A DNA stretch of 64,000 nt from Hypanus sabinus (Eukaryota): NCBI RefSeq assembly GCF_030144855.1, contig NC_082731.1, positions 27,528,001 through 27,592,000 of the forward strand. The letters are read 5' to 3'. The notes beneath the pieces were generated by a model that was given only the letters and a program-made list of their open reading frames with translations, did not search any database and had not been told where the DNA came from. The position numbers and the translations under genes were made by a program. Positions within the stretch are counted from its first letter, which is position 1, and every line of letters begins with the position of its first letter. Shown one piece after another: positions 26,037 through 37,126 of the stretch.

Positions 26037-27253
26037 CTAGGTAAAAGAACCCTTAGGAACCAGAGATCACAATATGATTGAGTTCAACTTGAAATTTGAC
26101 AGGGATAAAGTAAAGTCTGATATAGCAGTATTTCAGTGGAGTAAAGGAAAATACAGTGGTATGAGAGAGGAGTTGGCAAAAAGTAAATTGGAAGGAGCTG
26201 CAGGCAAGGATGTCAGCAGAGTGGCAATGGCATGCATTTCTGGGAAAAATGAGGAAGGTGCAGGACAAATGTATTCCAAAAATGAAGAAATAATCAAATG
26301 GTAAAATCGTACAACCATGGCTGACAAGGGAAGTCAAAGCCATTGTAAAAGCAAAAGGAAGGGCATACAACACAGCAAAAATTAGTGGGAAGATAGAGGA
26401 TTGGCAAGATTTTAGAAACCTACAGACAGCAACTAAAAAGAACATGAGGAAAAGATGAAATATGAAAGCAAGCTAGCAAATAATATTAAAGTAGATAGGA
26501 AAAGTTTTTCAAGTATGTTTAAATAAAAGAGAAATGAGAGTGGATTTAGGTCCATAAGAAAATGAGGCAGGTGAAATAATTATGGGGAAATAATTATAAT
26601 TAATTCTTCATTATGCTGATGAAGTAGATACTTTGCATCAGTCTTCACTGTAGAGGACACCAGCAGTATGCTTGATGTTGTAGTGTGCTAAGGAAGAGAA
26701 GTGGATGCAGTTACAGTTACAAGAGAGATGGTGCTCAAGAAGCTGAAAGATGTAAAGGTCCGTAAGTCACCTGGACCAAATGAACTTCATCCTATGGTTC
26801 TAAAAGAGGTAGTGTTAGAGATTGTGGTGGAATTAGAAATGATCTTTCAGAAATCATTGGACTCTGGCATGGTGCCAGAGAACTGGAAAATTTAAAATGT
26901 CTCTCCACTCTTTAAGAAAGGAGGAAAGCAGCAGAAAGGAAATTATAGACCTTAGTGGTTGGGAAGATGTTAGTGTCAATTGTTAAGGATGAGGTGATGG
27001 TGTGCTTAGCAACACAGACAAGATAGTACAAAGTCAGCATCGTTTCCTTCAAGGAAAATCTTGCTTGACAATCCTGTTGGAATTCTTTGAGCAGATTACA
27101 AGTAGGATAGATAAAGGGGATGATTTGGACTTTCAGAAGGAGTTTGACAAGGTGCCACACGAGGCTGCTTACCAAGTTAAGAGCCCATGGTATTACAGGA
27201 AAGTTACAAACATGGCTAGAGCATTGACTGATAGGTAGGAGGCAGCAAGTGGG

Positions 27254-27520
27254 TTAGGGTGATCCTTTCCCTTCTCCAGCTCTGTATCACTTTCGCCAAT
27301 CACCTTTCCAGCTCTTAGCTTCATCACACTCCCTCCGGTCTTTTCCTATCATTTCACATTTCCCCCTTCCCCCACCCCCCAACTACTTTCAAAACTCTTA
27401 GTATCTTCACCTTCAGTTCGTCCTGACCAAGGGTCTCAGCCCGAAACGTCAACAGCGCTTCTCCCTATAGATGCTGCCAAGCCTGCTGTGTTCTACCAGC
27501 ATTTTGAGTGTGTTGTTGTT
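27254..27520 (+). mobile_element. Short 5'-truncated Penelope 3' end inserted in CR1
   Basis: Near-identical to 25740-26000. AGTGGG flanks both sides (27248-27253, 27521-27526). Confidence 0.85.
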
Positions 27521-28859
27521 AGTGGGAATAAAAGGATCCTTTCCTGGTTGGCTGCCAGTGACTAGAGGTGTTCCACAGGGGTCAGTGTTGGGAACACTTC
27601 TTTTTATGCTGTATATAAATGATTTAGATGATGGAATAGATGGATTTGTTACCAGGTTTACAGATGATATGAAGATTGGTGGAGGGGCAGGTAGTGTTGA
27701 GGAAACAGGCAGGATGCTGGACTTGGACAGATTAGGAGAATGGGCAAGAAAGTGGCAAATGAAATACAATGTTGGAAAATGCACAGTCATGCACTTTGGC
27801 AGTAGAAATAAATGTGTGGACTATTTTCACAATGAGGAGAAAATCCAGGGAACTAGATGCAGAGGGACATGGGAGTCCTTGTGCAGAACACCCTGAAAGT
27901 TAAGTTGCAAGTTGAGATGGTGGTGAGGAAGGCAAATGCCATGTTAGCATTTATTTCAAGAGGTCTAGGATACAAGAGCAAGGGTGTGATGCTGAGGCTT
28001 TATAAGGCCCTGGTGAGGCCTCACCTTTAATATTGTGAACAGTTTTCATCCCATTTTCTTAGAAAACATGTGTTGGCATTGGACATGGTCCAGAGAAGGT
28101 TCACAAGGATGATTCCAGAAATGAAAGGGTTACCATACAATGAACATTCGATGGCTCTGGGTCTGTACTTGTTGGAATTCAGAAGGATGAGGGGGGATCT
28201 CATTAAACCTGTTGGATGTTGAAAGGCCTGGACAGAGTAGAAGTGGAAAGGATGTTTCCCATGGTGGGAGAGTCTAGGACAAGAGGGCACAGCCTCAGAA
28301 TAAAGGGGTGCCCTTTCAAAACAGTGTTGCAGAGAAATTTCTTTAACCAGAGGGTGGTGAATTTGTGGAATTTGTTGCCATATGGAGCTCCAGGCCAGGA
28401 TGTATTTTTGAGAGAGATTGATAGTTCTTCCTTGAACATGGCATCAAAGATTACAGGGAGAAGGCTGGGAACTGGGGTTCAGCAGATGAAAAAAAAAATC
28501 ATCTATGATTGAATGGCAGAGCAGACTCAATGAGCCAGATGGCCTAATTCTGCTCCCATGTCTAATGGTCTTATAAAAGCAAAGATGTAAGAAGAGCAGA
28601 GAGGCGAAGAGGACTGCAGTGTTGATAGGAGATTCCTTGGTCAGAGGAACAGAAATGAGGTTTTATGGGTGCAATAGAGACACACAGATAGTATGTTGCA
28701 TTCCTGCTGCCAGGATCAGGGACATCTCAGATTGTGAACATGGCAGTCTCAAGGGTGAGTGTGAGCAGCCAGAAGTCTTTCTTATGAGACACTCCCAACC
28801 ACACCAGCTTCTGGCATTTATACGTATGAACACTCTGGAGTATGGATAGCTGGCTCAGG

Positions 28860-31230
28860 TTCAGGATGGCCCTGGTAATTGGTAATCCTGGTTTTGGTGC
28901 CAAGAATTGACTATTTAATGAATGGCTGAACAGATGTTCGGTGCTCAATTGTAAGCCTACTTGTGATATCATCTGGAGGAACTCAACAGGTAAAGAGGCA
29001 TCTCTGAAAAGAATTATCGTCGGGAGAGAGCAACACCCAAAAAGGTCAAATTCCCTTAATTTTACAAGGACTTGGTCTTTGGCAAGAGAAAGGCCGCAAG
29101 TCTTCTCCTGCACTGACCCTACGACTGTGCAATGGACCTGCTGCCTGATACTTGTCCCACACAGGGTAAATTGTACGTGTTCTCAGGCCGAGAGAGAAGC
29201 GTAATGGAAGAGTATCTTAAGGAGGTTGTTGCCATGGGCTACATTCAGCCCTCCACCTTATCCGCCTGTGCAGTCTTCTTCTACATACAAAGGAAGGATG
29301 GGAGCCTTCAACCATGCAGTGATTAAACCACATGATGGCCAAAAATCACTGCACCCTACCATTCATGATTATAGCTTTTTAGATGCTCCAAGCAGCGAGT
29401 GTTCACAAAACTAAATCTACAGATGCATACAATCTGGTCTATGTAGGGGAAGGTGATGAGTGAAAGACTGCTTTCAATACACTGATGGGGCATGACGAGT
29501 ATCTGGTTTTGCCCTTCAGCCTTGTGAATTCTCCAGCCATTTTCCAGGCCATTATAAACAACATGCTCCAGGATACTCTCCATAAGTATGCCTTTGTCGA
29601 CCTGGATGATATCAGAATCTTCTCAGACCCATGGAGGTGAATGTTTATGTCAGGGACATTTTAAAGAGTCTTTGAGAGCACGTACCTTATGTCAAGTTGG
29701 AGAAGTCCGAGTTTCACATGATGACTATTTCATTTTTGGGGTTTGTCATCTCCAATGACAATCTCAAGATGGACTCTACCAAGACCCAGGCAGGGATTGG
29801 CCACTATCGCCTAGCATCAATCAAGTCCAACGATTCCTGGGGTTTGCAAACTTCAGCTCAGTGGTAACTCTGCTGATGTCACTAGTTATGAATTCCATGG
29901 ACCCTTTCGTCTGGACCACTGATGCAGAGGCTGCTTTTGTTGAGCTTAAACATCAGTTCACAACAGCTCCCATCCTGGTTCCTCCTAAGCCAGACTTGCC
30001 CTTCATCATGGAGGTGGATGCCTCAGACATTGGAGTGGGTGCCATCTTGGCTCAACGCTCACCTTCGAACGGTAAACTGCACCCGTGTGCATTCATCCCT
30101 CAGGGGCTATCCCCGGCAGAGAGGAGATATGACAACGGAAATCAGGAGATCCTTCCTGTTAAGTTAGTTTTGGAGTAATGGTGTCACTGATCTGAGAGAG
30201 TCAGGAACCCTTTTATCATTTGGACTGACCACAACAACCTGGCTGATATTCAGGAGACCAAGAGGCTGAATTCCAGGCAGGCCAGGTGGTCTTTGTTCTT
30301 TAACCACTTTGAATTCATCCTGACCAATCCACCAACATCAAAGAACCAGAAGCCAAATGCCCTGTCCCATGAGTTTGATGAATTGGAACGAGAGGAAGAG
30401 CCAAACACTATTTTTCCCCAAGTGGGGTGGATGTGACAATTTGTTGTGGAATCCATGCTTTTGTTCATGAGGTCCAAGCACAAGGAGGGATTTCTAAGAA
30501 CGGCCCTCTGGGTCAGCTGTTTGTCCCAAGTTCCGTCTGGTTCCAGATACTCCAATGGGGACATGCATCAAGATTGACCACACTGCCAGGGATTGGCAGG
30601 ACCCTCAAGTTTATCAAGAGGAGGTATTGGTGGCCAGGAATGATGAAAGAGGTTTGACAGTACATGTTGACAAGTGAGGTTTGTGCCCAGAACAAGGAGA
30701 CTCGTACCTGACCTCAAGAGCACCTCCACACATTACCTGTTCCGGAAAGATCTTGTGTACACATCTCCATGAACTTTGTCATGGGTCTTCTGCTATCTGA
30801 GGGGAAGTCGGTCACCATGGTAATTGTTGATCGGTTTTCAAAAGCCTGCAAGTTCATTGCCTTGGAAAAGCTACCATCTGCAGTGGAGATGGCCAAATTG
30901 TCCTGGTCCTCAGGATCCACAGATTCCTGGTGGACATTTTCGAAGATTGTGGTCCACAATACACCTCACTTTTCTAGTGTAAATTCTGTAAACTGAAAGG
31001 GGTAACAGCAAGCCTTTCCTAAAGGTCAATCCTACCTTCTGCACCACCCAGGTTTTGTGAAGGGGAACAGGTCTTCATGATGAAAAGATACTTGGACTTG
31101 CGTACTGTTCAGAGTGCTTGGCAATATCTCATGGGCTGGGAAGGATTCAGACCTGAGGCAAGGTGCTAGGTGCTAGGTGCCTGAAAGATATATCTTAGAT
31201 TCAGCCCTCATCCATGACTATCATCGCAGT
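28860..31230 (+). mobile_element. Decayed chromoviral (Sushi-like) Gypsy pol copy 1 (RT-RH-IN-chromodomain)
   Basis: FFYIQRKDGSLQPC, TTAPIL..PKPDLPFIMEVDASDIGVGAIL, KRRYWWPGM and VIVDRFSKAC. A chromodomain remnant (QYLMGWEG..PE) lies at about 31060-31220. Confidence 0.88.
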
Positions 31231-31299
31231 CTTGGTACATATTGGCACCAATGACACAGGTAGAGAAGGGGAAATGATCCTGAGAAAAGTAAACCCAGT

Positions 31300-32080
31300 G
31301 GCCGTTCAACAGACGACGTCATTGCCATCACCCTCCTCTTGGCCCTAACCCACCTGGACAAAAAAGACATGTATGTTCAAATGCTGTTCATAGACTTCAG
31401 TTCAGCATTCAAGACAATCATCCCTCAGGAACTGACTGGAAAGCTGAGCTGACTGGGCCTGAACACCTCCCTCTGCAACTGGATACTCGATGGCCTGACT
31501 GGGAGACCTCAGTCAGTCCAGATCGGGAGTAGCATCTCCAACACCATCACACTGAGCATGGGGCCCCACAGGGCTGTGTGCTCAGTCCACTGCTGTTCAC
31601 TCTGCTGACCCACGACTGTGCTGCAACACACAGCTTGAACCACAGCATCAAGTTCGCTGATGACATGACATTGGTGGGTCTCATCACGTACCATTCATAC
31701 AAACTCTTCTCTCTCCTGCCATCTGGAAAAAACCACCGAAGCATTCAGGCTCTCACCACCAGACTATGTAACAGTTTCTTCCCCCAAGCTATCAGACTCC
31801 TCAATACCCAGAGTCTGGACTGACACCAACTTACTGCCCTCTACAGTGCCTATTGTCTTGTTCACTATTTATTGTAATGCCTGCACTGTTTTGTTCACTT
31901 TATGCAGTCCTGGGTAGGTCTGTAGTCTAGTGTAGTTTTTGTGTTGTTTCATGTAGTTCAGTGCAGTTTTTGTATTGTTTCATGCAGCACCATGGTCCTG
32001 AAAAACATTCTCTCATTTTTACTATGAAATGTACCAACAGTTATGGTGGAAATAACTATAAAAAGTGACTTGACTTGACT
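31300..32080 (+). mobile_element. Rex1/Babar LINE fragment
   Basis: [10 protein letters not shown] and [13 protein letters not shown]...IKFADDMT, with a (TGACT)n tail at about 32066-32080. Confidence 0.85.
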
Positions 32081-32094
32081 TCAGACTGTTTCAT

Positions 32095-32540
32095 TAAAAT
32101 GGGCCTTTTTCCTTTGGCTTTACAGCCCGGGCAACAGGTCTGACTGTCCACTCATGATTTGTGTCTCCAGGTGGAATCTAGAAAGATGGTCCCAAGTTCA
32201 TTGGACCTTTCAAAGTCCTGAGGAAAGTAAACCCGGTGGATTATACCTTGCGCTCCCCAAGACTCTTAAGATCAATCCCACATTCTACAACTTTAAATTA
32301 AAAACGGTCTGCATCAACCACTTATTCCCAGCACCATCAACCCTACCACCACCCACGTTTATTGACGGGGAACAGGTCGTCATGGTGAAAAGATATTTGC
32401 ACTTGCATACTCTTCAGAGTGTTCGGCAATATCTCATGGGCTAGGAATGATTCGGACCTGAGGCAAGGTGCTAGGTGCGAGGTGCCTGAAAGATTTATCT
32501 TAGATCCAGCCCTCACCCACGACTATCATCACAGTCTTGG
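32095..32540 (+). mobile_element. Gypsy integrase GPY/F plus chromodomain remnant (second copy)
   Basis: PKFIGPFKVLRKVNPVDY...LKINPTFY is followed by a chromodomain block nearly identical to 31060-31230. Confidence 0.8.
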
Positions 32541-35500
32541 TACATATTGGAACCAATGACATAGGCACACAAGGGGAAATGATCCTGAGGAGAGATTTTA
32601 GGATTCAAGGTAGAAACTGAGAAACAGGACCTCCAGGGTAATAATCTCTGGATTGCCTACTGTGCCACATGGCAATGAAGGTCTGCATCGGATGACCTGG
32701 ATGGTGAATGCCTGGCTGAGGAACTGGTGCAGGGGGAGAGGTTTAGATATATGGATCATTGGGTTTCTTCTGGAGATGGTATAACCTGTACAAAAGGGAA
32801 GAGTTACACCTGAACCTGAGGAGGTCCAATAGCCTTGCAGCCAGATTGGCTATTCTGGACTGGGTGTTATACAATGACCTGGTATTGTTTAGAGAGTTTA
32901 AGGCAAAAGAATCCTTCAGAGTAAGTGATCACAATGATCAAATTCAGCCTGAAATTGGGATTGGGAAGCTTTTATAAACCAACAGAAGGTAACTAAAAAA
33001 GTCAGTAAGAAGATTAATATAGAATACAAAAGTAAGCTTGCCAACAATACTAAAGAGGATATCAAAAGTGTCTTCTGAATTGTGAAGTGTAAAAGAGAGG
33101 AGAGAGTAGATATCGGACCACTGGAAGACGATGCTGGGAAGGTAGAAATGGGGGACAAGGTAATGGCGGATGAACTGAATAAATATTTTTCATCAGTCTT
33201 CACTGCGGAAGACACCAACAGTTTGGTAGAAGCTCCAGGTGCTGGAGTCATGAAATGTGTGAAGCTACCATTACTATGGAGAAGATTCTTGAGAAACTGA
33301 AAGGTCTGAAGGTAGATAAGTCACTGAAGCTGAAGTCACCTTCCATGTCTCTCTGGTGACTTTGTTCACAGTCACAACAAGGGTTTTACCTGTGATGAGC
33401 TGGTCTTTAACCAATACTTTTTGTAAGCTTCACCATTCAAAGGTGCTTCCATACCAGTCCATGATATAATCCACATCCTCCCAGTGGTTCCCGTCCCCAT
33501 TACTCTCCTCCGCCCCTCTCAACCTTTAGTTCGTGCTCCACCTTCCTCTCCTATCAGATTCCATGATAAGGCAATCCTTACGATGGCTCTGCGTGCACAC
33601 CAATAGAGATAAAAGGAAGGGTGAGAACTTGCAGACCTCTAACCAATAGAGACCCACTGTCTGCATGCTTTTCTATCAATTGATAGATGGGTGGGAGGAT
33701 CGTCAGGCCTTTTGACCAATGGCATCAGGGATAGACACAGGTAGGTGGGAGGTTTGGTTCAGGGTGTCTGCCTGACTCTGATCTGGTGTTTCCCTTCTCT
33801 GACTTCCTTCAGCAAATAGCCTACGGTGGGAATGGCCTGTCCATGTTTACATCCCTACACTTTCGAAAACATCCTCTACTCATCGTCTGGGCCTTTCATG
33901 CCCTGGAATAGATTAGAGAGTTTCAGGTAAAGGAGCCAGAGATCATAAATATGATAGAATTCGCTCTGCAATTTGAGAAGGAGAAGCTAAAGTCAGATGT
34001 ATATGTATTACAGTGGAGTAAAGGGAATTAGAGGCATGGGAGATGAGCTGGCCAAAATTGATTGGAAAGGGACATTCGCAGGGCTGATGGCAGAGCAGCA
34101 AACAATGGAGTTTTTGGGAACAATATGGAAGGCACAAGACAGATGCATTCCAAAGAGGAAGTATTCTAAAGGCAGAGGATGCCAGGCAGCATCTATGAAA
34201 AAGAGTAAACAAACAATGTTTGGGGCCAAGACACTTCATCAGTCTGATGACGGGTCTCGGCCCGAAAAGTTGACTGTTTACTCTTTTCCAGAGATGATGT
34301 CTGGTCCGCTGAGCTCCTCCAGTATTTGTTGTGTGTTACCTAAGAGCCCATGGTTATGGCAGCAAAAGCTACAGGCATGGATAGAACATTGGCTGATCGG
34401 CAGGAGGCAAAGAGAAGGAACAAAGGGAGCTTTTACTGGTTGGCTCCATGCAGAATATGCCCCATCTACAACCACTCTTTGCCTTCTGTGGGCAAGACAG
34501 TTCTGGATCCACAAAGCAATGTGCCCTTGGATCCAATGCCTTCTTACTTTCTGAACAAGCCTTTCATGGGGTACCTTATCAAATGTCTTGCTGAAATCCA
34601 TATGCACAACATTTACTGCTCTACCTTCAATAATGCGTTTAGACACATCCTCAAAAAACACAATCAAAAAAATCTATTCAAGCTTGTCTTAAATATATAT
34701 TTACTGAGGTAGCCTCCACTGCTTCATTGGGCAGAGAATTCCACATATTCAACACTCTCTGAGAAAAGCAGTTCCTCCTCATCATCTTATATCTACTTTC
34801 CTGAATCTTGAGGCCATATCCCCTTGTTCTAGTCTCACCTACCAATGGAAACAACTTTCCTGCCTCTATCTTGTCTATCCCTTTCATAATTTTATACATT
34901 TCTATAAGATCTCCTCTCATTCCTCTGAATTCTAGGGAGTACAGTCTCTGGCAACTCAATCTCTCCTCAGAGTGGAATCCCTTATCTTTTGAATCAACCT
35001 GGTGAACCTTCACTGCACCACCTTCAAAGCCAGTATATCCTCCTCCAAGTAAGGAGACCATAACTGCACTCCAGATGTGGTCTCACCAGTACCTGTACAG
35101 TTGCGGCATAACCTCTCTGCTCTTAAATTCAATTCCTCCAGCAATGAAGGCCAACATTCCATTTGCCTTTTTAATAGCCAGCTGAACTTGCAAACTGATC
35201 TTTTGTGATTCATGCACAAGTACTCCCAAGTCCCTCTGCACAGTGAATGAACGTGTACTTACTAACATTGAATTCCATCTGCCAGACCTTTGCCCACTCA
35301 CTGAACCTACTTATATCTCTTTTCAGACTCTCCGTATCTTCTGCACAATTTGCTTTTCCACTCAATTTAGTATCATCAGCAAACTTAGATACACTACACT
35401 CATCCCCCTCTTCAAGATTGTTAATGTAGATCGTGAACAGTTGCGGGCCCAACACCAACCTATGCGGCACACCACTCACCACTGATTACCAACCAGATTA

Positions 35501-36755
35501 ACATCCATGAATCCCAACTTTCTGCTTTCTATTAGTTAACCGATCCTCTATCCATGCTAATACATCACCCCAACTCTATGCATCCTTATCTTATGGATAA
35601 GACTTTTATGTGGCATGTTATCCAATGCGTTCTGGAAATCCAAGTCAAGAAAGTTCATCTGTTCCCCTCTATCCACTGCACTCATTATATCCTCAAAGAA
35701 CTCTATTAACTTTGTCAAACAGGACCTGCCTTTGCTGATTCCATGCTGGGTCTGCCGAATGGATCCATTTCTTCTTTAATGATAGCTTTAAGCATTTTCC
35801 CAACTATCAATGTTAAATAACTGACCTGTAGTTACCTGCCTTTTGCCCACAACTTTTTTTGAAGTGTGGCATGAAATTTGCCATCTTCCAATCCGCCAGG
35901 ACCTGCTCAGAATCCAGAGAATTTTGCTAAATCATCACCAAAGCCTCCAATATAACTTCTGCTATATTTTTCAGTACCCTGGGATGCATTCCATCAGGCC
36001 CAGGAGACTTATCTATCTTCACGCCCACAAGTTGGCTCAGCACTAGCTCATTAGTGATAGCTATTGTATCAAGGTCCTTAGCTCCCATTGCACCACAACA
36101 TCTCTCTTTGGCATGTTCGATGTGTATTTCACTGTGAATACTGACACAAAAATATAAAACCAAGCATGTAATTTTGGGGATTTACAAGGCACTGGTGAGG
36201 CCTCATTTGGAGTATGGTGAGCAGTTTTGGGCACCTTATCTAAGAAACGATGTGCTGATATTGATGAAGTTTCAAAGGAGGCTCACAAAAATGTTTATGG
36301 GATTGAAAGGCTTATCATATTAGAAGTGTTTAGTAGCCGTGGGCCTGTATTCACTGGAATTCAGAATGAGGGAGAGATCTCAATTGAATGATGAAAGGCA
36401 CCAATAGACTGGATGTGGAGAGGATGTTTCCTATGTTTCCTTTAGTGGGGTAATATAAGACAAGAGCACACATCCTCAGAATAGAGGCTGAGAACAGAAA
36501 TGAGGAAGACTTTCTTTAGCCAGAGAGTGGAGAAACTGTGTATTTTGTTGCCACAGGCAGCTGTGGTGCCCAAGTCATTGGGTATATTTAAGGAAGAGGT
36601 TAATAGATTCTTGATTAGTCAGGGCATGAAGGGATACTGGGAAAAGTCACATGATCAAGGCTGAGAGGGAAATTGGATCAGCCATGATGAAATCCTGGAG
36701 CAGACACGATGGGCCTAATGCCCTAATTCTGCCCCTATTTCTTATCTTATGGTTT
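32541..36755. mobile_element. Mosaic of decayed CR1 fragments in both orientations (plus about 32541-34440, minus about 34440-36160, plus about 36160-36755)
   Basis: CR1 ORF1 and RT motifs: DFSKTFDKVPH, KFADDTKL, KSPGPDGMHPRVL and RTRGYGLKI. Confidence 0.82.
34180..34338. mobile_element. Second Penelope-derived fold-back element with hammerhead-like motif
   Basis: Imperfect palindrome centred at 34243, with CTGATGACGGGTCTCGGCCCGAAA at 34244-34267. Confidence 0.75.
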
Positions 36756-36988
36756 TACTCAGGACCTAAAACATTAGCCAAACTATGGACCACCCTAAAG
36801 GTCTGATCTGGTATTCAGATTCTTGTTCTGGAGTGACCTCAGAGAATACTGAGAGACGCATCTTCATGGGGTTCCATCTCCTGGAATGAGGACTGACCGC
36901 CTGTTATTTAGTTCACCTGTCCTCACATATTTAGGTCTGTGCTGCACCTTGTCACACACAATATCATACTCTCCTGTCTGTATTTCAG

Positions 36989-37126
36989 GTTCAGCAGTGA
37001 CCAGCAGATATACACCCCACATTCAGACAAGAGATCCCCATGTGGCTGCGATGTTTGGAAATGGAGTCTCCATCTCACTCACTCAGCAATCTGAGGCTAC
37101 TGCACTGCAACTGCTCATTTCAGAAG
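36989..37126 (+). other. Candidate internal exon (138 nt, phase 1-1), gene unknown
   Basis: A polypyrimidine tract ending tatttcAG precedes it and AAG|gtaaat follows. Only the phase-1 frame is open (SAVTSRYTPHIQTRDPHVAAMFGNGVSISLTQQSEATALQLLISE). It lies in non-TE sequence, and I do not recognise the protein. Confidence 0.4.

Larger units (their letters stand above)
21783..28570 (+). mobile_element. Near full-length decayed CR1 LINE (5'UTR, ORF1 zinc-finger/SGNH esterase, ORF2), interrupted by a solo LTR, two Rex1 pieces and two Penelope ends
   Basis: ORF1 remnants are CSSCQM..YICVKC and VLVHIGTNDIG. EN has YDVVAITES. RT has GVPQGSVLGTLLFMLYINDL...FTDDMKIGG. The C-terminus has RTRGHSLRIKG. 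Confidence 0.85.
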
